A DNA stretch of 64,000 bases from Chiloscyllium plagiosum (lineage: Eukaryota), in NCBI RefSeq assembly GCF_004010195.1, contig NC_057718.1, positions 62,892,225 to 62,956,224 on the forward strand. The letters run 5' to 3'. This document shows, one piece after another, positions 1 to 11,900 of the stretch (its first letter is position 1; each line of letters starts with the position of its first letter). Under the pieces are notes generated by a model. That model worked only from the letters and a program-made list of their open reading frames with translations, was not told the DNA's origin and made no database searches. Position numbers and translations under genes: made by a program.

Positions 1-1711
1 GGAATATACTTTCTCTGGATTCTCATTATCTCATTTCTGAAGGTTTCCCATTTTCCAGCCGTCCCTTTACCTGCAAACATTTGCCTCCAATCAGCTTTTG
101 AAAGCTCTTGCCTAATACCGTCAAAATTGGCCTTTCTCCAATTTACAACTTCAACTTTTAGATCTGGTCTATCCTTTTCCATCACTATTTTAAAACGAAT
201 AGAATTATGGTCGCTGGCCCCAAAGTGCTCCCCCACTGACACCTTAATCATCTCCCCTGCCTTATTTCCCAAGAGTAGGTCTAGTTTTGCAATTTCTCTA
301 GTAGGTACATCCACATACTGAATCAGAAACTTGTCTGGTACACACTTAAGACATTCCTCTCCATCTAAACCTTTAACACTATGGCAGTCCCAGTTGATGC
401 TTGGAAAGTTAAAATCTCCTACCATAACCACATTATTCTAACAACAGCTGAGATCTCCTTACAAATTTGTTTCTCAATTTCCCTCTGACTATTGGGGGTC
501 TATAATACAATCTCAATAAGGTGATCATCCCTTTCTTATTTCTCAATTCCCTCGATGTATTTCCAGGAATATCCTGCCTTAGCACAGCTGTAATGCTATC
601 CCTTATCAAAAATGCCACGCCCCCCTCCTCTTTTGCCTCCCTTTCTATCCTTTCTGTAGCATTTGTATCCTGGAACATTCAGCTGCCAGCCCTGCCCATC
701 CCTGTGCCATGTTTCTGTAATTGCTATGATATCCCAGTCCCATATTCTTAACCATGCCCTGAGTTCATCAGCCTTCCCAGTTAGGCCCCTTGCATTGAAA
801 TAAATGCAGTTTAATTTATTAGTCCTAGCTTGTCCCTACTGCCTTGACTGTTTGACTCACGTCTGTTCTCAGCTGTACCCATCTCAGATCAATCTCTTTC
901 CTCACTATCTCCCTGGGTCGTTTCCCCCCCCACCAACCTTACTAATTTAAATCCTCCCAAGCAGTTCTAGCAAATTTCCCTGCAGTATATTAGTCCCCTT
1001 CCAATTTAGGTGCAATCCGTCCTTCTTGTACAGGTCACTTCTACCCCAAAAGAAATTCCAATGATCCAAAAATGTGAATCCTTCTCCCATACACCAGCTC
1101 CTCAGCCATGCATGCATCTGCTCTATCCTCCTATTTCTGCCCTCACGAGCTCGTAGCACTGGGAGTAATCCAGACATTACTACTCTTGAGGAACTCCTTT
1201 TTAAATTTCTACCTAACTCTCTGTAATCTCCCTTCAGAGTCTCAACCTTTTCCCTTCCTATGTCGTTGGTTCCAATGTGGACAATGACCTCCTGCTGGCC
1301 CCTCTCCCCCGTGAGAACTTTCTGCACCCTCTCTGAGACATCCTTGATCCTGGCACCAGGGAAACAACACACCATTCTGCTTTTTCTCTGCTGGCCACAG
1401 AAATGTCTGTCTGTACCTTGGACTAGAGAGAATCCCCTAACACAATTGATCTCTTGGAACCAGACGTACCCCTCGTTGCATTGGAGCCAGTCTCAATACC
1501 AGAAACTTGGCTGTTCATACGACGTTCCCCTGAGAATCCATCACCCCCTACATTTTCCAAAACAGCATACCTGTTTGAAATGGGTATATCCACAAAAGAC
1601 TCCTGCTCTCGTTGCCTACCTCTCTAACCCTTCCTGGAGTTAACCCATCTATGTGACTGTATCTGAGACTTTCCCCCCTTTCCTATAACTGCCTCTATCA
1701 CATACTGTTGC
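1..1711 (-). mobile_element. CR1 LINE 5' part: ORF1 SGNH-esterase domain plus start of ORF2 APE endonuclease, degenerate; runs off the window start
   Basis: ORF 947-1375 has VHIGTNDI and DGLHLN esterase motifs; ORF 433-678 has GGVAFLIRDS...YYRPP endonuclease motifs. Confidence 0.92.
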
Positions 1712-2211
1712 NNNNNNNNNNNNNNNNNNNNNNNNNNNNNNNNNNNNNNNNNNNNNNNNNNNNNNNNNNNNNNNNNNNNNNNNNNNNNNNNNNNNNNNNN
1801 NNNNNNNNNNNNNNNNNNNNNNNNNNNNNNNNNNNNNNNNNNNNNNNNNNNNNNNNNNNNNNNNNNNNNNNNNNNNNNNNNNNNNNNNNNNNNNNNNNNN
1901 NNNNNNNNNNNNNNNNNNNNNNNNNNNNNNNNNNNNNNNNNNNNNNNNNNNNNNNNNNNNNNNNNNNNNNNNNNNNNNNNNNNNNNNNNNNNNNNNNNNN
2001 NNNNNNNNNNNNNNNNNNNNNNNNNNNNNNNNNNNNNNNNNNNNNNNNNNNNNNNNNNNNNNNNNNNNNNNNNNNNNNNNNNNNNNNNNNNNNNNNNNNN
2101 NNNNNNNNNNNNNNNNNNNNNNNNNNNNNNNNNNNNNNNNNNNNNNNNNNNNNNNNNNNNNNNNNNNNNNNNNNNNNNNNNNNNNNNNNNNNNNNNNNNN
2201 NNNNNNNNNNN
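1712..2211. other. Assembly gap (500 N)
   Basis: Run of N. Confidence 1.
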
Positions 2212-5200
2212 GAGCAGATTGATGCATGGCTGAGGAGCTGGTGTATGGGAGAAGGATTCACATTTTTGGATCATTGGAATCTCTTCTGAGTAGAAGTGAC
2301 CTGTACAAAGACAGATTGCAACTAAATTGGAAGGGGACTAATACACTGGCAGGGAGATTTGCTAAAGCTGCTCAGGAGGATTTAAACTAGTATGGTGGGG
2401 GGTTGGTGGGACCCAGGGAGATAGTGAGGAAGAGATTAATCTGAGACGGGTACAGCTGAGAACAGAAGTGAGTCAAACAGTCAGGGCAGGCAGGGACAAG
2501 GTAGGACTAATAAATTAAACTGCATTTATTTCAATGCAAGAGGCCTAACAGGGAAAGCAGGTGAACTCAGGGCATGGTTAGGAACATGGGACTGGGATAT
2601 CATAGCAATTACAGAAACATGGCTCAGGGAGAGACAGGACTGGCAGCTGAATGTTCCAGGATACAAATGTTACAGGTAGAATAGAAAGGGAGGCATGAGA
2701 GGAGGGGGAGTGGCGTTTTTGATAAGGGATAGCATTACAGCTGTACTGAGGGAGGATATTCCCGGAAATACATCCAGGGATGTTATTTGGATGGAAATGA
2801 AAAATAAGAAAGGGATGATCACCTTATTGGGATTGTATTATAGAACCCCTAATAGTTGGAGGGAAATTGAGAAACAAATTTGTAAGGAGATTTCAGTTAT
2901 GTGTAAGAATAATAGGGTAGTTATGGCAGGGGATTTTAACTTTCCGAACACAGATTGGGACTGCCATAGTGTTAAGGGTTTAAATGGAAAGGAATTTGAT
3001 AAGTCTGTACAGGAAAATTTTCTGTTTCAGTATGTGAATGTACCTACTAGAGAAGGTACAAAACTTGACTACTCTTGGGAAATAAAGCAGGGTAGGTGAC
3101 TGAGGTGTCAGTGGTGGAGCACTTTGGGGCCAGCGACCATAATTCCATTAGATTTAAAATAGTGATGGAAAAGGATAGACAAGATCTAAAAGTTGAAGTT
3201 CTAAACTGGAGAAAGGCCAACTTTGACGGTATTAGGCAAGAACTTTCATAAGCGGATTGGGGGCAGATGTTTGCAGGTAAAGGAACGGCTGGTAAATGGG
3301 AAGCCTTCAGAAATGAGATAACGAGAATCCAGAGAAAGTATATTCCTGTCAGGGTGAAAGGAAAAGCTGGTAGGTATAGGGAATGCTGGATGACTAAAGA
3401 AATTGAGGGTTTGGTTAAGAAAAAGAAGGAAGCATATGTCAGGTATAGATAGGATAGATCGAGTGAATCCTTCGAGTCTAAAGACAGTAGGAGTATACTA
3501 AGAGGGAAATCAGGAGGGCAAATAGGGGACATGAGATAGCTTTGGCAAATAGAATTAAGGAGAATCCAAAGGGTTTTTACAAATATCTTAAGGACAAAAG
3601 GGTAACTAGGCAGAGAATACAACCCCTCGAAGATCAGCAAGGCAGCCTTTGTGTGGAGCTGCAGAAAATGGGGGAGATACTAAATGAATATTTTGCATCA
3701 GTATTTAGTGTGGAAAAGGATATGGAAGATATAGACTGTAGGGAAATAGATGGTGACATCTTGCAAAATGTCCAGATTTCAGAGGAGGAAGTGCTGGATA
3801 TCTTGAAATGGTTAAAAGTGGATAAATCCCCAGGACCTGATCAGGGTGTACCCGAGAACTCTGTGGGAAGCTCGGAAAGTGATTGCTGAGACTCTTGCTG
3901 AGATATTTATATCATCACTAGTCACAGGTGAGGTGCCAGAAGTCTGGAGGTTGGCTAACTTGGTGCCACTATTTAAGAAGGGTGGTAAGGACAAGCCAAG
4001 GAACTATAGATCATTGAGCCTAACGTCGGTGATGGGCAAGTTGTTGGAGGGAATCCCGAGGGACAGGATTTACGCGTATTTGGAAAGGCAAGGACTGATT
4101 AGGGATAGTCAGCAAGGCTGTGTGCGTGGGAAATCATGTCTCACAAACTTGATTGAGTTTTTTGAAGTAACAAAAAGGATTGATGAGGGCAGAGCGATAG
4201 ATGTGATCTATATGGACTTCAGTAAGGCGTTCGACACGGTTCCCCATGGGAGGCTGGTTAGCAAGGTTAGATCTCACGGAATACAGGGAGAACTAGCCAT
4301 TTGGATACAGAACTGGCTCAAAAGGTAGAAGATAGAGGGTGGTGGTGGAAGGTTGTTTTTCAGACTGGAGGCCTGTGACCAGTGGAGTACCACAAGGATC
4401 GGTGCTGGGTCCACTACTTTTCGTCATTTATATAAATGATTTGGATGTGAGCATAAGAGGTATAGTTAGTAAGTTTGCAAATGACACCAAAATTGGACAG
4501 CAAAGAAGGTTACCTCAGATTACAACAGGATCCTGATCAGATGGGCCAATGAGCTGAAGTTGCAGATGGAGTTTAATTTAGATAAATGTGGGGTGCTGCA
4601 TTTTGGGAAAGCAAATCTTCGTAGGACTTATACACTTAATGGTAATGTCCTAAGTGCAGGTTCATAGCTCCTTGAAAGTGGAGTCACAGGTAGATAGAAT
4701 AGTGAAGGCGGCGTTTGGTATGCTTTCCTTTATCAGTCAGAATATTGAGTACAGAAGTTGGGAGGTCATGTTGCGGCTGTACAGGAAAATTGGTTAGAAA
4801 ATTGTTGGAATATTGCATGAAATTGTGGTCTCCTTCCTATCGGAAAGATGTTGTAAAACTTGAAAGGGTTCAGAAAAGATTTACAAGGATGTTGCCAGGG
4901 TTGGAGGATTTGAGTTACAGGGAGAGGCTGAACAGGCTGTGGCTGTTTTTTCTGGAGCATCAGAGGCTGAAGGGTGACCTTATAGAGGTTTACAAAATTA
5001 TGAGAGGCATGGATAGGGTAAATAAACAAAGTCATTTCCCTGGGATCGGGGAGTCCAGAACGAGAGGGCATAGGTTTAGGATGAGAGGGGAAAGATATAA
5101 AAGAGGCTTAACGGGCAACTTTTTCATGCAGAGGGTGGTACGTGTATGGAATGAGCTGCCAAAGGAAGTGGTGGAGGTTGGTACAACTGCAACATTTAAA

Positions 5201-5337
5201 ATTGGATGGGTATATGAATAGGAAGGGTTTGGAGGGATATGAGCCAGGTACTGGCAGGTGGGACTAGATTGGGTTGGGATATCGGGTCGGCATGGACCGA
5301 AGTGTCAGTTTCCGTGCTGTACATCTCCATGTCTCTA
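2212..5337 (+). mobile_element. CR1 LINE: end of ORF1 esterase, frameshifted ORF2 (APE + RT) and 3' UTR
   Basis: Motifs [46 protein letters not shown]; 3' end ctgtacatctccatgtctcta. Confidence 0.96.
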
Positions 5338-5842
5338 GAAATGTAGGATTGGAGTCACTTATAGGCCAGACAAATCTGGATGCTAAGTCTTGTTTTCTAA
5401 AAGATTTGTGAATTACTTAGGTTTTCAGGACAAACCAAAAGTTTCTATTTCCAGATTTGCTTTTGTATAACAAAGTCAAATTCTTAAATTGCCATGGTTG
5501 AATATAAACCTATGCCCCCTGCGTATTTAGTCTAGGCATCTGGATTATTAAAACATCAATCCTGCTCATGTGAACCACAAACATTGGCATGGAATAGTTG
5601 TATTAAATGGCCTGCTTAAGTGTTGTACATTCCTTGCAAAGATATACCACTATGCCCAGTGACTCTAACTGAAAAATGTAACTGCACACATTGCAAAGTG
5701 CTTTCGATTAGAGTAATTTTGAGCCACAGCCCTAAAAATAGTAAAACCATTAAAGATCATTTCTATTGCAACTTTGACTTCCCATCATTGTGAACCATTG
5801 TATATTTCTTTTTTCATTGAAATTTTATAATCGTTGCCTCAC

Positions 5843-5968
5843 CTGTTCATCTGAGATGCTTTGAAAGGCCTGTAGCATGTTTGGACATGTAGGAAGAAGC
5901 ATTAGCAATTCCCAAACACGTCTGGACAGATTTTCAGCATGAAGGTGCAATTCTTCGCAATGTGCAGT
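5843..5968 (-). CDS. USP34: USP34 exon (126 nt, phase 0->0)
   Basis: TAHCEELHLHAENLSRRVWELLMLLPTCPNMLQAFQSISDEQ; cag|ACT, CAG|gtgag. Confidence 0.95.
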
Positions 5969-8900
5969 CTGCATGCAACATCAGGAAATAAAAATATCTT
6001 GTTAACTCAAATTATTAATCCCAAAACTGTTCAGTGATGAAATAAATAGAGGGAATCTAAACCCTTAAGTTTATTTTTAAACTAAAAACTTTTGAAACCA
6101 AACGTTTCTTCAATTCTATAAATATTTCTGAAATGTATGCATGGTGTGGGAGAATATATGGATCAATCTTTCACTTAAAATGCTGAACCTTTAATAAATC
6201 TTTTTTTTTAAAAAAGCTTCATGCATCCTTAGGATCACCATATTCATTCATTATGGTCAGAATTGTGCTAACAAAGCAAAATGCAAATACTTATAGTAGA
6301 TGCTTAAATAGTTAATATGAAGGCAAAGATCATATGCCTAACTAACCAAACATAACACTTCATATAAAAAGCCCAAAGAACTGCAGATGCTGCAAATCAG
6401 AAACAAAAATAAAAGTTGCTAGAAAAGCTCAGCAGGTTTGGCAGCATCCAGAAAGAGAAATCAGAGCTAACATTTTGGGTCTGGTGACCCTTCCTCAGGA
6501 AGGGTCTTCTAAGGAAGGGGCACAGGACTGCAAACGTTGACTCTGATTTCATGACACTTTATGCTCAGTTTTCTAACTTTAACACAACAAAATATTCTGC
6601 GAAGCTACCTTAAATTACAATTGGCACTCAATAACATAGGTGTAACATAGCCTTTACTTTCTTGTCTTTTAAACTATTTCTACAGTGTAGGAAACTTAAA
6701 TTGAAATTATTCCTTATACTTTTCCTCGACATACTTAAGTTATGTGATGGGTCGGCACCCTTGATCCAGACTTTATGGCATGAATTAAATACAAAGATCA
6801 AAACCTAACTTGTGCTACATGTAAAGACTATACTTTTTTTATTTTTCTGTATTTTTGAATATGAACTGAAACTGGAAAAGTATTGTATTCAAAACCAATC
6901 ATGTGAAAGGAATTGCTGTGAAAACAGGGTTACTGAAACTAGCTGTATTTGGTGTCTAGCCTGGTGCTTTATTTAAGCAGTGGGGGAGAATTCTTTGCTG
7001 AGGAGTTGGCACCATCACAAAATGACAAGGGGAGATTTGGGTGTATATAGTGAAATCCACATGGTAAGAAACAGCTAATTGATTTGTGGACTTGTAACAA
7101 ACTGGATGGAAAAAACCACCTGCCCACAGAGTATGTGGTTGGCTCCTGGGTAGCTGAATAGCTTATGGACTATATTGATAGAAGCCTTTTGACCACCAGA
7201 AGGAGACGTGGTGTGTCTCTGCAATAGAATATATCTGAAATTTGAAGAAAACCAGTGTATTGTCCCTCACTAGATGCTGTAAACTGCTGTTTTAACTAAT
7301 AAAGCAAAAACTTTATAAATCAATTGTTCTGTGCTTCCTGCAAAAAACAAAAAGTGAGCAGACAACCAAAAACAACAAGCCCAAGCAAGCAAAAGAGAAC
7401 ATCTCAACAAACTCTGTGGGTAGGACAACTGTCTTCTCAGTTTTCCTCCATTCATAACATCAGTGATTTTCTTGTCTGCATCTACCTATGTGTTTAGGAG
7501 GAGTTCTATAAGGGAGTTAGCATTTTAACTAGAGTTATAGGTCAACAGTTTACAGATTCTAGCTACAAGTAAGCAACGATTCATTTGGAATAAACAGTAA
7601 TTTTATTTTTCTAAGTACAAAAACCTGATCCTGGTTTCCTGTTTGCCTAGCCAAAACAAACAGGCAAACAGAGGAACTTTTGTGTATTTTGATAAAATGT
7701 TTACGTTTTGTGACAAGACCAGGAACGTTTGATTTCCAGCGCACCACCCAAGTGAGGCATGATACATGAATAAAAGTGTACTCCAAATTAAAAAAACCCT
7801 TTAATTATAGCATATAACATGGGATTTCTGCCTCACTCCACTAAATAAATTCCTTTTATATTATTTTTAAATAGCTTCAGAGAATAAAGAGACTCTTCGA
7901 ACATCTAAAATGTGACAGGACTATTGGTTGAAAGAGTTTTTTTTCAGACTTACACAATTTAATATACATTAAATCATTCGAATTTGAGTTCATTCACAGA
8001 ACTTAAATCTCTCAACAGAACTAAACTGAATAGCTAATGTGGCAATAAAGGGCTCAAATTTCTGAAATTAAATCAGTCACGGTTAGATACGACAGTGCAA
8101 ACTATTCATTAGAATACCAAAGTACTTGTCTAGTTGGGATCCAATAACCAACTGACCACTTGACTAATTCTAGAATGGGTCAGCAGATGGAATTGAGTGC
8201 AAGTGTGTGGTTAGGGTAGTGTTGTGGGATTGCTGCCTGACAAACCACACCTCCAAGAAGGCTAGTTGGTATATTAATGGAATCTGTCTTTTGACATTAG
8301 CCATCTAATGATAGGTTCTGATTACACATGATTTGTTTTTAAAAATGTGCATTATAGAGCAGAAGTTGAAAAAACTTCTTAAATTCTACTATATATAACA
8401 GATCTTTCTTCTCTTTTCTATATAACTAATTTTTATTTTTATGGATTTGTTAGGTTTTCATCATTCTTTATTTCAATTTACTTTCAGAGATTCCTCTACT
8501 ACTACAACACATGCTCTGACGTCAGCAAACTCAGCCAATTATTAACTTTAATTATGTTAGTGGATTTAACCTACTTTCCAAACTGAATTGCGGTCCAAAG
8601 TAAAAGGCAAGAGCCTTCACAAAAGTAGCTTATGTATAAGGAGACGCTCTCTCTGGACCAATCCCTAATGCAGTCGAGAATAAGTGCTAGCTGGTCCTAT
8701 TGCTTCCTCCAGAGTGTTCTCTACCCAAATGGAAGTCCAACTTATGTAAAAGATGGTTGAGAAAAGAATTACAAAATTGGTACTAGGGATGAAGAACTTC
8801 AGTTGTTTAATATGCAGTTCTTTTAGATATTTTTTCGTTGACCTGAAACTGATATATAAATGCAAGGTTTACTTTTTCTTCCATATCATCTTCCACAACT

Positions 8901-11900
8901 TCAACATTAACTTCAGCTATTCCCCTTGGAGAAAAGAAGATTCAGAGGAGATTTGAAAAAAGTATTGAAAACCATGAGGGAACTGGAGAGAATGGATTGG
9001 AAAAACTGTTCTCAATGGTGGAAAGAACAAGAACAACAGGGCACAGATTTAAGATAACTGGCAGCAGAAGTCAATGACAAGAAGAAGAAAAGCCTTTTTC
9101 ATTCAGCAAGTGGTTTGGATCCAAAAAGCACTGCCCGAAAGTATGGTGGAGACAGTCAACTGAGGCTATCGTTAGCTGAAAAAGAAAATTTTGGAAAATG
9201 GATGGTAATGGTTCTAAGTGAAACACTCAATCTGAACCCAGTCCAAACACAACTGGTATATAGCTTCCTTTGTTTATGCAACCATTCTACGATTCTAGGG
9301 GGGGAAAAAAAATTGGCATTGGACTCAAAATGATGACCCAAGAATTAAGAGACCCAATATAGGGGGTCATTATGGCACAGTGGTTGTGTCCCTATCCCTG
9401 AAACAGAAGACCCAGGTTCAAGTGTCATAATATCCCTGAACAGGTCAATAACAAAATATTCAGGACCCCCAATATCTACCTTCAAAAGGTAACTTATATT
9501 TAGAAATTCCCTGCATAAATACTTCACATATTGAACATATCTTAAAGAAACAGATCATGAAAGAAGCTTTGACACTACATTATTGAACAGAAATTGTTTA
9601 ATGCATTACTGATGTTGCAAAATGAAATTGCAGCTCAACTGTCTTGAATTGCGACCTGACACTCCTATTCATCAGTGGACATCCAAACTGACAAAGGAAT
9701 CTGGGATTCTACTCAAAATCAAATAGAAAAACAACTTTAAATAGATTATTTGAGAAAACGTCTTAGTGAGATCACCTTCCGTTTTTGTACTTTATGATAC
9801 AAACATGAGGTTTAAATCATGAACCTAAACAATCTATGCACTCAAAAGACTTTACCTCACTATCTTCCATGACTTGATCTACAGAAGGTGGTTTGAATGA
9901 TGCCAGCATTTCAAGCAAATCAAACAAAGTAGTAAGATGCGGTTCTTGAAGGAGCAAAAGCATTGGAATATTTTCCTTTTGGGGAGGAGGTAGACAAGAT
10001 GCAGGCAACTGAATACCATCTCCCTTGCGTTCTCTACGTGGGGCTCCCAGTGATACAAATACCATCTGTAAAAATGCACATTTGAGTTATCCATTGTTGA
10101 ACACATTAGTTGAAAAATATATATCATTGAATCAAAGCACACATTCCCTCCTCCATTACCTCCCGACAGGATTTTGGGGAATCATATTTTCAAGTTTGGT
10201 GGAAACGATGGTCTAGTGGAATCTTAACCAACAGACCAAGGTTTGAATCCTGCCACAGCAGATGGTGGAATTTGAATGTAATAAAAATCTGGAATTAAGA
10301 GTGTAATGACGACATTGAAACCATTGTCAATTGTTGGAAAAACTCATTAGGTTCACGGTTTCCTTTAGGGAAGGAAATGGCATCCTTACCAGGTCTGGCC
10401 TACATGTGACTCCTGACCCACAGCAATGCGGTTGACTCGTAACTGCCCTCTGGGCAATTAGGGATGGGCAATAAATGCTGACCTAGCCAGTGACACCAAA
10501 TCCCATGAATGAATAAAAAGAAATTGTACATTTATGTCTTACATTTTAATAGTACAATATAGCCATAACCTTACAATTGGGGAAACTCCCCCACCTTGCC
10601 CAACTGCATTTTAAGCACCTGCATATCTTTAAATCCAAGTTCATGGAGTGTTTTCTCATCATAATCGGTGGTAAGTTCATGACCTGAGGAAATCATTCGA
10701 ACAGGTCCCATAAGACCTCCTAAAACAAAAGCACAGAAAATTCAAAGTCTACTATTTTGATATCCTTGCATAGATACAGCTAAATTAAAACTGCTTGAAA
10801 CAATTTTAAAATTCCATTTCGTGAAGCCATTATTGACATATTATATTCTACTCTTCACATTTATTTTTCTAACCAGAACAAACGTATTCATGTTCACAGA
10901 GGTATAGTTGAAAGGTAGAACTCATACAGACAATACTTTTTGTCTGCAAATGAGAAATCTTGATTTACAGGAGATGTTTAAAATGCAGTAATGCTTTCAG
11001 TCACTTAGGGAACCCCAAGCATTAACAAAATGCAATTGCAACTCAACTGCATTGAATTGCGACCTAATATTGCTATTCATCAGTGGACATCCAAACTGGC
11101 AAAAGATACTTGGGGTTCTACTTAGAAAATCAAATGCAAAAACAGTTTTATATAGGTTATTTGAGAAAATGTCTTAGTTGGATCACCTTCCACTTTTGTG
11201 CTTCTATGATCCAAAATGAGGTTTAAATCATGAACCAAAACTGTTTATACATTCAAAGACTTCACCTCACTATCTTCCATTGCTTAATCTACAGGTGGTT
11301 TGAATGATGCCACCACTTCTAGCAAGTCGAATATGCTAGTATGTAGTGGTTCTTGAAGGAGCAAATTGTATATCTCCAAACCCAAAATGCAAGCAATGTT
11401 AACTGAAACTACACATAAAACATGTATACCATTTGTAAACCCATGCATTCAATGGCAACAAAACAACAGGCAGAAAAACTAACACCTGAAATTACAACTC
11501 AGCTGATGAAAATTGACACTTATGCTCAAATCAGGGCACAGTAGCGCCATGGCAGGCAAACTGCCGAAGGTGATCAGGGAAAGCCAAGAGGGCAGAGGGG
11601 AGTTGGAGCCCACAGAAAAATATAAGAGATAAAGCTACTGGAACAGAACTGGAGGCCAGAGGAAGTGGTCATATTAGCACTCTAAGCCTGATCAGCATTA
11701 TGAAACAAAAATTTTTAAAAAATATATTAAAGTAAATAATTATATATAAATTATTTACTGGCTTACCAGGAAAATCTCCTTGTCGACTGCTTTGGCCAAA
11801 TTCTTGGAGTTGAGCTTGCTGACTCATTTGTTCTTTCTGTAAATTCTCATACCAGTGGGTAACTTCAGCCCGTAAGTCTGCAACTTGGTCACTGGGATAC

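Noticed and set aside
1624..2289. Long ORFs of 187-216 aa
   Set aside because: Artefacts of translating through the 500-N gap.
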